DNA of 64,000 nt from an uncultured Poribacteria bacterium. GTDB lineage: Bacteria > Poribacteria > WGA-4E > WGA-3G. A model generated the notes under the pieces. That model did no database searches. It was given only the letters and a program-made list of their open reading frames with translations, and was not told where the DNA came from. The stretch lies in the NCBI GenBank assembly GCA_958296135.2, contig CATQHZ020000001.1, positions 3,360,001 through 3,424,000 of the forward strand, in the 5' to 3' direction. Both the position numbers and the translations under genes were made by a program. Positions 39,333 through 48,589 of this stretch are shown here, piece after piece; within the stretch, counting starts at the first letter, position 1; each line of letters opens with the position of its first letter.

Positions 39333-41504
39333 ATGAATTCAAGAATATGGGGAATTATTGGGGGCGTGGCTTTGGTGCTCGCGCTCCTCTCACCCCTCGT
39401 GTTAGGCAGCTCCAAAAAGGTCGAGCGGCTCTTTGAGGATGCTGAAAAGTTGTATCAGCGCGCGAATTACAAAGACGCAATCGGCAAATATCGCGACGCA
39501 CTCAGCGCATCGAAAAAGTTCGGCGTGAACACCGAACGGATTGACGGGGATTTCACCACACTTGTCAACTATAAAATCGCGCGCTGTTATTATGAGCTCG
39601 CGCAACAATCGGGCAACATCAATCACTACGCGACCGCGCTCAGCCACGTGAAAGCGGTTTTTCCAAACGCAGATGTTGTCAAGCATCGAGAAGAACTAAC
39701 CTACCTCTGGGCACAGATTCTCCGCGCGACAGAACAGGTTGAGTCAGCAAAAGCGAAGTTCGCCTCACTGATCGAAAACTTTCCAAATAGCCGCTATATT
39801 GGGAATGCACGGCAAGCACTTGAGGATATGAACGCTGATAATCCAAATCCACCCCCTGTGCCGCCTGAATGGCTCGAGGACGCGCAAGATTTACTGGATG
39901 CGGAAGACTATGAGGCAGCATATCAGGCATTTGATAAGGCTGTTAACGACGAAAATCTTCAGAACCGACCCGAAATTCGGGCGGAGGCGATGTTCAAAGC
40001 CGCCTACTGTTTGGCTCAACTCAGCCGAAACAGCGAGGCACTTGACTACTATTCAGAACTTATCAAGAAATTTCCCGAAAACAGTAGTTACGTCACCAAG
40101 GCTTATGTCAACAAAGGGCAGATTTACGCTGCCCAAAGGGACTACGTCAACGCGCGCGAAAACTATGAAGCCGCCATGTCTGCCACGGAAGACCAGGGCC
40201 GGAAGGCAGAAATTTATGAGATTTATCATCAGACTTATCTCGTTCCAATGCGAGTGCGCACGCTCGCCAACATTGAAGAAAGGGAGTGGGAACAGAAACG
40301 TTCTGAGAAAGCGGCCGAAAAATACGCACGCCTCATCAACGCGAATAGGTTATGGGGAGAAAGACAATTCCTTGAAGCAGCCAAGGAATACGAAGCATTC
40401 GCAGCCGAACGACCGGCTGACACAGAAGTGCCTTACGCCATTTATCAAAGCGGCAGATGCTATTACCTCGCCGCTTTTGAAAAGGCGGAGCCATTTGGAA
40501 AGGCTGTCACTGTCTTCCAAAAACTCATCGATGCCTATCGGGACAGCGAATATGCTATTAAAGCTTACCACGGCATAGCATTAGTTTACCGCAATTGGGC
40601 GCAGAAACACGGCGATGACTCCAAATGGTGGCTCGCCATCAAAACGGTAGAGACAGCAAACGAAAAATACGCGGGCACTGAGAATGAGATAGTCAGGGAA
40701 ATCCTCGGCCGTATGAAGCCAATCAAAGATAGCGCGCTCGCCTATTTAGGCACGATGGCGAAATCCAAGGCACAAGTCGCAATTGAGAAAGCAGAGAAGG
40801 ACATCCAACGCGCGAACAAACGCAATACACAGAAGCATGCCGCTGCTTTAATGCAGGAATCGGTAAAGCTGCTTACGCATGCGAAGACAGCACTCGGAAC
40901 TGCGAATTACGATTACGCTTTTAACTTAGCTGAAGAGGCATCGAAAAAAGCGCGCGAGGCAGTCAATAAGGCACGCATCGCGGAAAACCGGCAGAGTACC
41001 TACGCCCTCAAAGAGAATTACGTCTATGAAGGACACGAGGCTCTGGAAAAAGGCGCGCTTGTCACAGCGGAAAAGAAGGCGCGGCAGGCGTTGAAAATCG
41101 ATCGGAACTCTCGCGCCGCCCACCGACTTTTGAACGCGATAAAGCAGACATACTACGGTGAAGGACTGGCGTTCCTTGACGACAACCGGTATCCCCAAGC
41201 CATAACCGCGTTTGAGAACGCTGCAAGAATTGACAGGAGTTTCGCAAAAGCGCACTGCAATCTCGGAGTTGTCTACATTGAGCAGAACCAAGCGGCCAAG
41301 GCGATTGCTCCGCTTAAAAAGGCTATAGAAGCGGACGCGAATTTTAAGGAAGCGCACTTTAACCTCAGCATCGCTTACATGCGCCTTGGCCGATTTGAAT
41401 TGGCGCGCAACACGGCAGAAATTGTCGTGGCTCTTTGCGGAACCTCTCGGAAAGAACCGGTCTGCGAAGCCGCCAAAATGCTTTTGAAGTCTATTGCCGA
41501 TTAA
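39333..41504 (+). CDS. TPR protein (BamD/CpoB-like repeats) with an N-terminal anchor
   Basis: Hydrophobic N-terminus, repeated F..LI..FP.S.Y motifs and TPRs. Confidence 0.85.
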   Translation: MNSRIWGIIGGVALVLALLSPLVLGSSKKVERLFEDAEKLYQRANYKDAIGKYRDALSASKKFGVNTERIDGDFTTLVNYKIARCYYELAQQSGNINHYATALSHVKAVFPNADVVKHREELTYLWAQILRATEQVESAKAKFASLIENFPNSRYIGNARQALEDMNADNPNPPPVPPEWLEDAQDLLDAEDYEAAYQAFDKAVNDENLQNRPEIRAEAMFKAAYCLAQLSRNSEALDYYSELIKKFPENSSYVTKAYVNKGQIYAAQRDYVNARENYEAAMSATEDQGRKAEIYEIYHQTYLVPMRVRTLANIEEREWEQKRSEKAAEKYARLINANRLWGERQFLEAAKEYEAFAAERPADTEVPYAIYQSGRCYYLAAFEKAEPFGKAVTVFQKLIDAYRDSEYAIKAYHGIALVYRNWAQKHGDDSKWWLAIKTVETANEKYAGTENEIVREILGRMKPIKDSALAYLGTMAKSKAQVAIEKAEKDIQRANKRNTQKHAAALMQESVKLLTHAKTALGTANYDYAFNLAEEASKKAREAVNKARIAENRQSTYALKENYVYEGHEALEKGALVTAEKKARQALKIDRNSRAAHRLLNAIKQTYYGEGLAFLDDNRYPQAITAFENAARIDRSFAKAHCNLGVVYIEQNQAAKAIAPLKKAIEADANFKEAHFNLSIAYMRLGRFELARNTAEIVVALCGTSRKEPVCEAAKMLLKSIAD

Positions 41505-41579
41505 TACCAAATGTCGCAATGCGTCAGGAAGGATATAGAAATCAGCCCTGACAGCGGTTCAATACCCTCTAAAACGGCA

Positions 41580-42542
41580 CTATCGATAAGGCACCAAATC
41601 AATACCCGGATACGCCTGCGCGAGGCGTTCCAACGCCGCCGCTGTATAGTAGGCATCGCCGAGAGCAGGCCACCCAAGCACACGGCGCACCGCAGGAGTC
41701 GTCTGCGCGACAAATTTCATATAGTGCGGACTCGTCCACCCCGGCACCGAGCGCGTCGTTTTGCACCAATCCGCGTTATCGGCGCGATGGAAATGATACC
41801 CCATCCACGCGCGCTGTTTGCGCCGATTCGCAAACGGCTGCGCCGCATGGACTAAATAACTGGAACGGAAGGCGACACTCCCCGCTCTCGCCGTAACAGG
41901 AACAGGCTCCCCCAATTCCTCAAATTCACGCAAGTCGCGAATGCTGAGGCCGCCCGCTCTCCCCGGATGCTTTGCCCACACCGAACCCAATTGGTCCTGC
42001 GAACCGGGACAGACGAGCATCGGCGCACCATCCAACTCAATGTCATGCAGGATAATGCCGGACAGGATATAACCATACCGTTGCCAATCCGGATGCGGTG
42101 GTAACGGCGAATTGGTGGCGTTGTCGATGTGATACCCTTGCCACGGATGCTCACTATAACGCGTATCCGTAAGCCCCTCCCGCACGAAAATCTGCCCATA
42201 GCCGAGCCGGATCTCATCCGTATCTAGCAGCTGCCGCGCAATCGCTAAATACGCACCATTTTCCAGAAGCGCGTCCACCGCCGCCAACCCAGTCGGAAAA
42301 TGCAGTGCCTTTCCAAACGGACCGGCGAGTCGTTGCATCGGTTCTGTCTGCTCATAAGCGTCTTGAAGTGCCGCCGGCTGTTCGTCCCATTTAGCACGAT
42401 ATTCGGTATAAGTCAACCCATCATAAGCGTTTCGTTCAATCGCCTCTAGCGCGGGGGCAACTCGTTCAGCAGGAAAAACGTCCGGCACCACGAGAGTCCC
42501 ATCCCGTCTCCATGCCGCGAGTTGTTCGTGTGTCAGTTTCAT
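41580..42542 (-). CDS. Phytanoyl-CoA dioxygenase (PhyH) family Fe/2OG oxygenase
   Basis: YHID facial triad, CPGS, AGSVAF...LVHAA. Start overlaps the rfbB stop. Confidence 0.85.
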   Translation of the reverse strand: MKLTHEQLAAWRRDGTLVVPDVFPAERVAPALEAIERNAYDGLTYTEYRAKWDEQPAALQDAYEQTEPMQRLAGPFGKALHFPTGLAAVDALLENGAYLAIARQLLDTDEIRLGYGQIFVREGLTDTRYSEHPWQGYHIDNATNSPLPPHPDWQRYGYILSGIILHDIELDGAPMLVCPGSQDQLGSVWAKHPGRAGGLSIRDLREFEELGEPVPVTARAGSVAFRSSYLVHAAQPFANRRKQRAWMGYHFHRADNADWCKTTRSVPGWTSPHYMKFVAQTTPAVRRVLGWPALGDAYYTAAALERLAQAYPGIDLVPYR

Positions 42543-43552
42543 GAGAACTTCTCCCATTTATCCTCTTCGACCGAGGCGTGAATGTTCTCCCACCACGCTC
42601 GGTTTTCAATATACCACTCGAGCGTCTCGCGCAACCCTTGCTCAAACCCTATTGTCGGTTCCCACCCAACCTCGCCGCGAATTTTCGATGAATCCAAGAG
42701 ATACCGGCAATCGTGCCCGGGCCGGTCGGGGACATACGTTTTCAAGGACTGCGGTTTATCGACAACCTCCAAGATAAAATCGCTGATCTCCTCAATGCTC
42801 TTCTCAACGCCGCTGCCGACGTTGTAAGTCTCGCCAACTTTGCCATTCTGAATAACTAAGGCAATCGCGCGACAGTGGTCCCGGACATGCAGCCACTCTC
42901 GGCGGTTATGACTGCTCCGATAGAGCGTCAGCGGCTTATCTTGGAGAGCGTTCGTCGTAAAAAGCGGAATTAATTTCTCCGGATGTTGATAGGGACCGTA
43001 GTTATTGGAGCAGTTAGAAATTGTTATCGGCATCCCGAAACTGTGGAAATAGGCGTTCACGAGATGGTCAGCCGCCGCTTTTGACGCGTTATAGGGTGTC
43101 TGGGGCCGATACGCGGTCTTCTCCGTAAACGCGTCCTGAGAGTCCAGAGGCAGTTCACCGTAAACCTCGCAGGTAGAGATATGATGAAACCGCTGCACAT
43201 CATACTTACGGGCGGCATCCAGCACTATCTGCGTGCCGATGACGTTCGTCTCAAAGAACCGTCGCGGCTCCAAGATTGCCCGGCTATTGTGCGACTCGGC
43301 AGCGAAATTGACGATGACATCCGGCCGGCGCGTTCTCAACACCTCTTCAACGAAAGCCGCATCTAGAATATCGCCGTGGGTAAACTCGTAACGCTGCGGA
43401 TAACGTTCTATGACATCCGTGAGATTAGCGAGATTCCCCGCATAGGTGAGCCGGTCGAGGTTCACGATGGCATCGCCCGGGTAGTGCTGCAGCCAGTATC
43501 GGATGAAGTTTGTGCCGATGAACCCGGCTCCCCCGGTAACCAATAATTTCAT
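42539..43552 (-). CDS. rfbB: dTDP-glucose 4,6-dehydratase
   Basis: GGAGFIG, LTYAGNL, FAAESH, PYNASKA, SNNYGPYQHPEKLIP, DRPGHD. Confidence 0.93.
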   Translation of the reverse strand: MKLLVTGGAGFIGTNFIRYWLQHYPGDAIVNLDRLTYAGNLANLTDVIERYPQRYEFTHGDILDAAFVEEVLRTRRPDVIVNFAAESHNSRAILEPRRFFETNVIGTQIVLDAARKYDVQRFHHISTCEVYGELPLDSQDAFTEKTAYRPQTPYNASKAAADHLVNAYFHSFGMPITISNCSNNYGPYQHPEKLIPLFTTNALQDKPLTLYRSSHNRREWLHVRDHCRAIALVIQNGKVGETYNVGSGVEKSIEEISDFILEVVDKPQSLKTYVPDRPGHDCRYLLDSSKIRGEVGWEPTIGFEQGLRETLEWYIENRAWWENIHASVEEDKWEKFS

Positions 43553-43559
43553 GTGCGGT

Positions 43560-44360
43560 TTACCCCTCCAATTGCTCCAACAAATTCAGTTGCGCTGGAT
43601 GCATCGGTTCCGCGCGCGTTTCAGGTTCAGGCACGCGCGGCAAAGGCTGCTGTTTTTCCGCGTCGCGCGCAGCGCGCTCAGCGTCAACTCTCTCCCCTTC
43701 TCGCGTCGCGCCTCTTCTTTGAGAACGTCGCCGCCCCTTTCTCGTCCGCTGCCCAGGTTGAAGGAGTTCCCACTCCGGCTTGCCGTTTGCTGCCTCAAAC
43801 GCCTTTTGCACCTGCCTGAGTTCATAGCAGATATAAATAAAATAAGCATCTTCGCCGGTTGGCATCTCCGCGAGCGATTCAATGAGCGTTTGGAAGGCAT
43901 CCGGTTCGTTTTCCTCAAGCCATTTCATAGATTCGGCGAAAGCCTCGCGCGTTCGCGCTTGATATAGGTTGTGGTTACCCTCCAGCAACACAGACCAGAG
44001 GCGGTTCACTCTATCGGTATGCTGCTCGCACGGTGTGCCTGCGCCGTTGAGCGACAGCCTGCGCCGGCGGCGTTCAGCCGCCACCGCACCAGTCCGCGGT
44101 TCCGGAGCGACGCGCACCGCCTCTCGGCGAGCCCGTTTTTTCTCTTCAAACCCTTCATAGAGTGTTAAAATCACCGAATCTGCCATCAGCGTGTTGAATC
44201 TCCCCGGAGCACGCTGTTTGAGAATAGATAACGACTCATACGCGTGTATTTTCGCTTGTGGCGCATCCATTTTCGCAAGCCGGACAACTCGTTCAGCATG
44301 CTGTTCAACTCGCGTCCCGACACCGCTCAGCTTATAAGTTCCTCGTCGTTTTTTACTCAC
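43560..44360 (-). CDS. Hypothetical protein with an internal domain duplication
   Basis: 266-aa ORF, 7 bp upstream of rfbB, own promoter-like motif, repeated L.G.GT..EQH..RV.RL segment. Confidence 0.7.
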   Translation of the reverse strand: MSKKRRGTYKLSGVGTRVEQHAERVVRLAKMDAPQAKIHAYESLSILKQRAPGRFNTLMADSVILTLYEGFEEKKRARREAVRVAPEPRTGAVAAERRRRRLSLNGAGTPCEQHTDRVNRLWSVLLEGNHNLYQARTREAFAESMKWLEENEPDAFQTLIESLAEMPTGEDAYFIYICYELRQVQKAFEAANGKPEWELLQPGQRTRKGRRRSQRRGATREGERVDAERAARDAEKQQPLPRVPEPETRAEPMHPAQLNLLEQLEG

Positions 44361-44400
44361 CTATTCACTCCTTCTCTGTCTCTCAAAATTGGATACGTAT

Positions 44401-44430
44401 ATCTTATCATAAATGCGCGTGTGATGTCAA
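44401..44430 (-). promoter_or_regulatory. Putative promoter
   Basis: TTGACA-18 bp-TAAGAT. Confidence 0.5.
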
Positions 44431-44478
44431 GGTTGTTTTTTTTATGTCGCGTCTCTTGAGACGTAGCGCGGGGGCCGT

Positions 44479-44563
44479 CACGGTCACGTCTACAGAAAAT
44501 GTGCGTGTGTCGCCCCGCGTAAACACGGTCACGTCTACAGAAAATGTGCGTGTGTCGCCCCGC
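44479..44563. repeat. 40-bp perfect direct repeat x2 (45-bp period)
   Basis: CACGGTCACGTCTACAGAAAATGTGCGTGTGTCGCCCCGC at 44479 and 44524. Confidence 0.9.
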
Positions 44564-44766
44564 CAAAGCACGCTACCTTTCCCCGCGATAGAAACATCGC
44601 GAGGGACAGGCGGGGAGTCGAGACCAGGAGGTCTCTCCTACCGGGGCGGCCCGCGATCGAAACATGGCGAGGGACAGGCCCTCGTCCTACGGGCCGAGGG
44701 AGCGGACAGATATAGAAATCTGTCCTTACAGAATCGATCTGCGAACTGAATCTCTCTGAAATTTCC

Positions 44767-44795
44767 TTGACATAGAAAACCGAAAATAGTAAAAT
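44767..44795 (+). promoter_or_regulatory. Putative sigma70 promoter
   Basis: TTGACA-17 bp-TAAAAT. Confidence 0.65.
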
Positions 44796-44843
44796 ATCCC
44801 GAAAACCTGAATTGAACCCAACACCGAAGGAAAACCGCACCCA

Positions 44844-45104
44844 ATGCCAACGCTCAATTGGATCGGAAAAGAGGCAGTTGTCAACCATCACAACGAAGTG
44901 CCTGTCCATACCCTCACGCATACCCCCGAACGTTCCAGCGAAACAAATGTGCTGCCATCGCCCGCGACAGGGAATCTGCTCATTGAAGGCGATAACCTCC
45001 TCGCGCTCAAGGCACTCCTCGCGCACTACGCCGGCAAAATTATCTGGTGTAGGGGAGGCGTGCGCTTCGACATTCTTGCAGGAAATATGTTAAACTCACT
45101 ATAA
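44844..45104 (+). pseudogene. Type III R-M methyltransferase (Mod), N-terminal fragment
   Basis: MPTLNWIGKEAVVNHH.EVP...NLLIEGDNLLALKALL..YAGKI, which breaks off just before the expected IYIDPPY motif. Confidence 0.82.
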
Positions 45105-45117
45105 AAAGGAGCATCCA

Positions 45118-45855
45118 ATGACACAAAATCCGATGACATTCACCGCAGCGGCGTTGCACGACTGGGTCCAGCCCTTTGTTGAACGCCTGCTCTTCACCTC
45201 TCGTGAACGGCTCGTCGCACTGCTCGCACAGCACGCGGACAGAGCGGCACTCGAAACGGAGTTCCGCGAGTTTTTTGAAGGCTACATCGGACTCGGCTTT
45301 TCTCTCGAGGACGACGAGGCATCGCTCCTCGCCATGCTCGCCGCGGAGGAGACGTTTGCGCCGATGCACCACCGCGTCAAGAGGGTTGAAGCACAGCGAA
45401 AATCGTCACAGGACGGACGCATTGCGCGGCGAATGGGAGTAGGACCGCTTATCACGGACCCGCAGCCGGAGATAAAAGTCATTGAACTTTCAGACGCGGA
45501 CTTCCGCGCGTTGCTAGACACGCTCGTCAGTTGGCCGCTTTTCACCGCCCGCGAACGCGTCGCCAAATGCCTCAAGGAAGCCAGAGCGAACGCATATCGC
45601 ACCCCACGCCTACAAGAAAGCGAACAGGCAGCAGGCATAACCGACACGCACCTCAAAACCGCATTCTTGGAATTTTTCGTCTGTTATTTGGAGCTCGAAC
45701 AGTTCCTTGAAAACTACGAATACGACCAGGATGAAGGCCTGGAAATGCGCCCCGAGGTCCTTGAAGAATGGGAGCGCAGCATTGCCGAGGGCGAAGCCGG
45801 GGGGAAAACCTATTCGCTAGATGAAGTCGCGAAAGAATTGGGATTAGAACCGTAA
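45118..45855 (+). CDS. Hypothetical protein with an antitoxin-like C-terminus and an internal repeat
   Basis: Ends LEMRPEV...GKTYSLDEVAKELGL. TAATG-coupled to a RelE-like fragment. Confidence 0.7.
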   Translation: MTQNPMTFTAAALHDWVQPFVERLLFTSRERLVALLAQHADRAALETEFREFFEGYIGLGFSLEDDEASLLAMLAAEETFAPMHHRVKRVEAQRKSSQDGRIARRMGVGPLITDPQPEIKVIELSDADFRALLDTLVSWPLFTARERVAKCLKEARANAYRTPRLQESEQAAGITDTHLKTAFLEFFVCYLELEQFLENYEYDQDEGLEMRPEVLEEWERSIAEGEAGGKTYSLDEVAKELGLEP

Positions 45856-45968
45856 TGTATACCTTAGAATTATCCGCACGTGCACAAGCGAATCGGCGGC
45901 GTTTGGATGCCACCATCCAAGCACGGGTTTGGACGAAACTGAACCGGTTATGTCAACATTGCGACTAG
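45855..45968 (+). pseudogene. RelE/ParE-like toxin, truncated
   Basis: MYTLELSARAQANRRRLDATIQARVWTKLNRLCQHCD*: a 37-aa RelE-type N-terminus only. Confidence 0.7.
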
Positions 45969-45982
45969 ATCTCCCATAGGGC

Positions 45983-46138
45983 ATCGTTGAGTATAAAGGC
46001 GAACATCTCTGGAGTGCCGACGATGCTGCTGAGAAACGCGAAATCGGCACCCTATGGGAGGCGCGGAGTAACGGGCAGTGTCTCTTCGTCATGCCGAGAG
46101 GCACCGATTTTGAGGCTATCCGCGCAAAATTGGGATAA
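45983..46138 (+). pseudogene. Type III restriction enzyme (Res), C-terminal fragment
   Basis: IVEYKGEHLWSADDAAEKREIGTLWEARSNGQCLFVMP...*, with no start codon. Confidence 0.72.
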
Positions 46139-46211
46139 AACCGTTCAGTGCCCCAGCGCGGTAGGTAGAAATGGGATAACTAAATGCCCCCGGGGAATGC
46201 CTCTGATTTGA

Positions 46212-46240
46212 TTGACAAACCAATGCAAAACTGATAAAAT
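46212..46240 (+). promoter_or_regulatory. Putative sigma70 promoter
   Basis: TTGACA-17 bp-TAAAAT with an extended TG. Confidence 0.7.
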
Positions 46241-46270
46241 ACCCCACAAATCCACGAGAAAGGAAAAACA

Positions 46271-47212
46271 ATGCAACGACGAAAATTAGGGAACACCGGA
46301 CTCACCGTCTCCGAAATCGGGATGGGCACGTGGGAACTCGGCGGACGCGAATGGGGAGACATCGCCGAAACCGATGCCATCAATCTGCTCCGATACGCCT
46401 TTGACAACGGCGTTACCTATTACGATACAGCAGACCAGTACGGCGGCGGCCGCGCCGAACGGCTACTCGGAGAAGCATTCGCCGCACACAGCAATCAGGT
46501 GATTATCGCAACGAAACTCGGCTTTGAGTTAGACTCCGATGGCTGGATTAGCCACGGCTGGGAGCATCCGGACTTCAATGTCTCGCGCGCTTATATCCGC
46601 AAGGCCGTTGAAGGAAGCCTCACCCGCCTGCGCCGGGACATCATTGACATCTATCAATTCCACGCGCCGCCTCCCGCTGCAGCATGGGACGAGGCGTTCG
46701 GCGCGATGGAAGAACTCAAATCCGAGGGGAAAATCCGTTTTTACGGGTTGTGCCTCGGCAGTGAGGCGGACGCGTTGAAGGCGATAGCGGAAACCGGTAT
46801 CTCGTCCTTGATGCTAACCTACAACATTCTCACACAAGGCATGGCGGAACCGGTGATGAAAACGGCGCATGAGAACGGCATCGCCGTTGTCGTTCGGCAG
46901 CCGCTGTCATCGGGATTGCTCTCTGGCAATCTCACCCCGGATACCGTATTTGCCGAAAACGATTATCGCAAAACGTGGGCGCGTGAAAAGTTACTCGCTG
47001 AGCTCGCAAAGGTAGAGGAGATCAAAGCGATTGTCGGCGATGAAGCGCGGACGTTACCGCAAGCCGCGCTGCAGTTCATCTTAGCACACACCGCAGTCTC
47101 TAGCGTTGTCCCAGGGATGATGACATCGGCGCAAGTTGACGACGGTGTTGCCGCATCGGGTACCACGCCACTCTCGGATGCTCTCTTGCAACAATTGAGG
47201 AGGAGCGCATGA
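46271..47212 (+). CDS. Aldo/keto reductase
   Basis: LGNTGLTVSEIGMGTW, YDTADQYG, IATK, SLTRL..D.IDIYQFH. Confidence 0.92.
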   Translation: MQRRKLGNTGLTVSEIGMGTWELGGREWGDIAETDAINLLRYAFDNGVTYYDTADQYGGGRAERLLGEAFAAHSNQVIIATKLGFELDSDGWISHGWEHPDFNVSRAYIRKAVEGSLTRLRRDIIDIYQFHAPPPAAAWDEAFGAMEELKSEGKIRFYGLCLGSEADALKAIAETGISSLMLTYNILTQGMAEPVMKTAHENGIAVVVRQPLSSGLLSGNLTPDTVFAENDYRKTWAREKLLAELAKVEEIKAIVGDEARTLPQAALQFILAHTAVSSVVPGMMTSAQVDDGVAASGTTPLSDALLQQLRRSA

Positions 47213-47514
47213 AAGTCATCGCAGATTTATGCGTCGTCCCCATCGGGGTAGGCGTATCCGTATCAAAATACGTCACCGCGTGCGAAGAAGTGCTGAAAGA
47301 AGCAGGATTGAAAACGAAACTGCACGCCTACGGCACTAACATTGAAGGCGAATGGGATGCAGTCTTCGTCGCAATCCGGCGATGCCATGAGGTGGTGCAT
47401 GAGATGGGCGCACCGCGCATCACAACAACCCTCAAGTTCGGTACCCGCACCGACCGGCACCAAACGATGGAGGATAAGGTGAACAGCGTCCAAAAACAAG
47501 CGGCGAAAGGGTAA
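47209..47514 (+). CDS. MTH1187/YkoF-like thiamine-binding protein
   Basis: VVPIGVGVSVSKYV, LHAYGTNIEGEWD, GAPRI..RTDR. Confidence 0.88.
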   Translation: MKVIADLCVVPIGVGVSVSKYVTACEEVLKEAGLKTKLHAYGTNIEGEWDAVFVAIRRCHEVVHEMGAPRITTTLKFGTRTDRHQTMEDKVNSVQKQAAKG

Positions 47515-47548
47515 GGACAGATTTTTATAGTCGTCCTTACAAAAAAAC

Positions 47549-47577
47549 TTGATTTTTTTCTTTTTTTCTGTTAAAAT
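47549..47577 (+). promoter_or_regulatory. Putative promoter
   Basis: TTGATT-17 bp-TAAAAT with an extended TG. Confidence 0.55.
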
Positions 47578-47621
47578 AGTTTGTAACTTTACAATTTTGA
47601 CAAAAAAGGAGAAACATTTTC

Positions 47622-48314
47622 ATGCAAAGGAGATTCTGGGTTTACGCCTGCTGCGCACTGGTATTTTTTGTAGCGGTGCAATTCGCAAGCGCACTAGATA
47701 AAATCGAGGGACCCTGGATGTGGATAGTCACCGAAAGCGAAGCCAATCAAGGCGGCGCAGGCGCAACCGACATTGACGGCATCGACGAAGCCACAAAAGG
47801 GAAACTCACCGAAGAAGATGTCGCGAAAGAGGGAATTACCGATAACATCCTGAAGGTCAAGTTCCCAGATAAACTCGAGTGGACCGAGGGCGAAATTGCC
47901 CCGGTCGGCGGGAACAACATCCAGGATATGCTCAACAAAATTAAGTTGGGCCCCGGCGGCGACATGAATGACTATTGTTCCTACGCCGTTATCAACGTCG
48001 TATCCAAGCAGAAACGCGGCGGCGTGGAAGCCCGCGTCGGAAGCGACGATTCCGTTAAGGTCTGGATGAACGGCAAAGAGGTACACAACAACCCTGTCAA
48101 CCGCGGTGCCGCCGACTTTCAGGACACGTTTGACGTTGACATTAACAAAGGCGATAATGTGCTGATGGTCAAAGTGTGTGAGCGCGGCGGGGGTTGGAGC
48201 ATGTTCGTCGGTATCGATGCCGATCTGGAATACAACCTGAAATTCAAAGGGTTGCCGGTTGAACCCGCTGGGAAACTAGCGACAACCTGGGCGAAAATCA
48301 GAAGCGCGTATTAA
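47622..48314 (+). CDS. Secreted beta-sandwich protein (PA14/galactose-binding-like) with C-terminal KLATTW motif
   Basis: Signal peptide, GSDDSVKVWMNG, G.N.L.VKVCERGGGW, PVEPAGKLATTWAKIR. Confidence 0.8.
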   Translation: MQRRFWVYACCALVFFVAVQFASALDKIEGPWMWIVTESEANQGGAGATDIDGIDEATKGKLTEEDVAKEGITDNILKVKFPDKLEWTEGEIAPVGGNNIQDMLNKIKLGPGGDMNDYCSYAVINVVSKQKRGGVEARVGSDDSVKVWMNGKEVHNNPVNRGAADFQDTFDVDINKGDNVLMVKVCERGGGWSMFVGIDADLEYNLKFKGLPVEPAGKLATTWAKIRSAY

Positions 48315-48324
48315 ACGTTCAGAC

Positions 48325-48389
48325 TGTAAGGGCGGATGTCTCTATCCACCCATTCGGTTGCGTGTAAGGGCGGATGTCCATATCCGCCC
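48325..48389. repeat. Tandem REP-like hairpins (TGTAAGGGCGGAT-n-ATCCGCCC family)
   Basis: Two copies here. Relatives at 41531, 44704, 47515, 54900 and 59955. Confidence 0.8.
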
Positions 48390-48589
48390 ACCACATCCGG
48401 TCTTACCGTTCATCACAGTTCATCCGAGAACTGAATCGTCCAGAGCGTTCTGTATTTTTGCTTGATTTAATTCCACGTCATTTGTTATACTAATTGACGA
48501 ATGACAAAGAAGGTTGTCCCATCCTTTCGTCAAGGGGTAGGACAACGCTGAATTTCACTTTAATTTTAAACCTAATTGGAGGTTTTTTA

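Noticed and set aside
44479-44563. 40-bp direct repeat as a CRISPR array
   Set aside because: Only two copies with a 5-bp gap and no cas genes. It is a simple tandem duplication in a REP-rich region.
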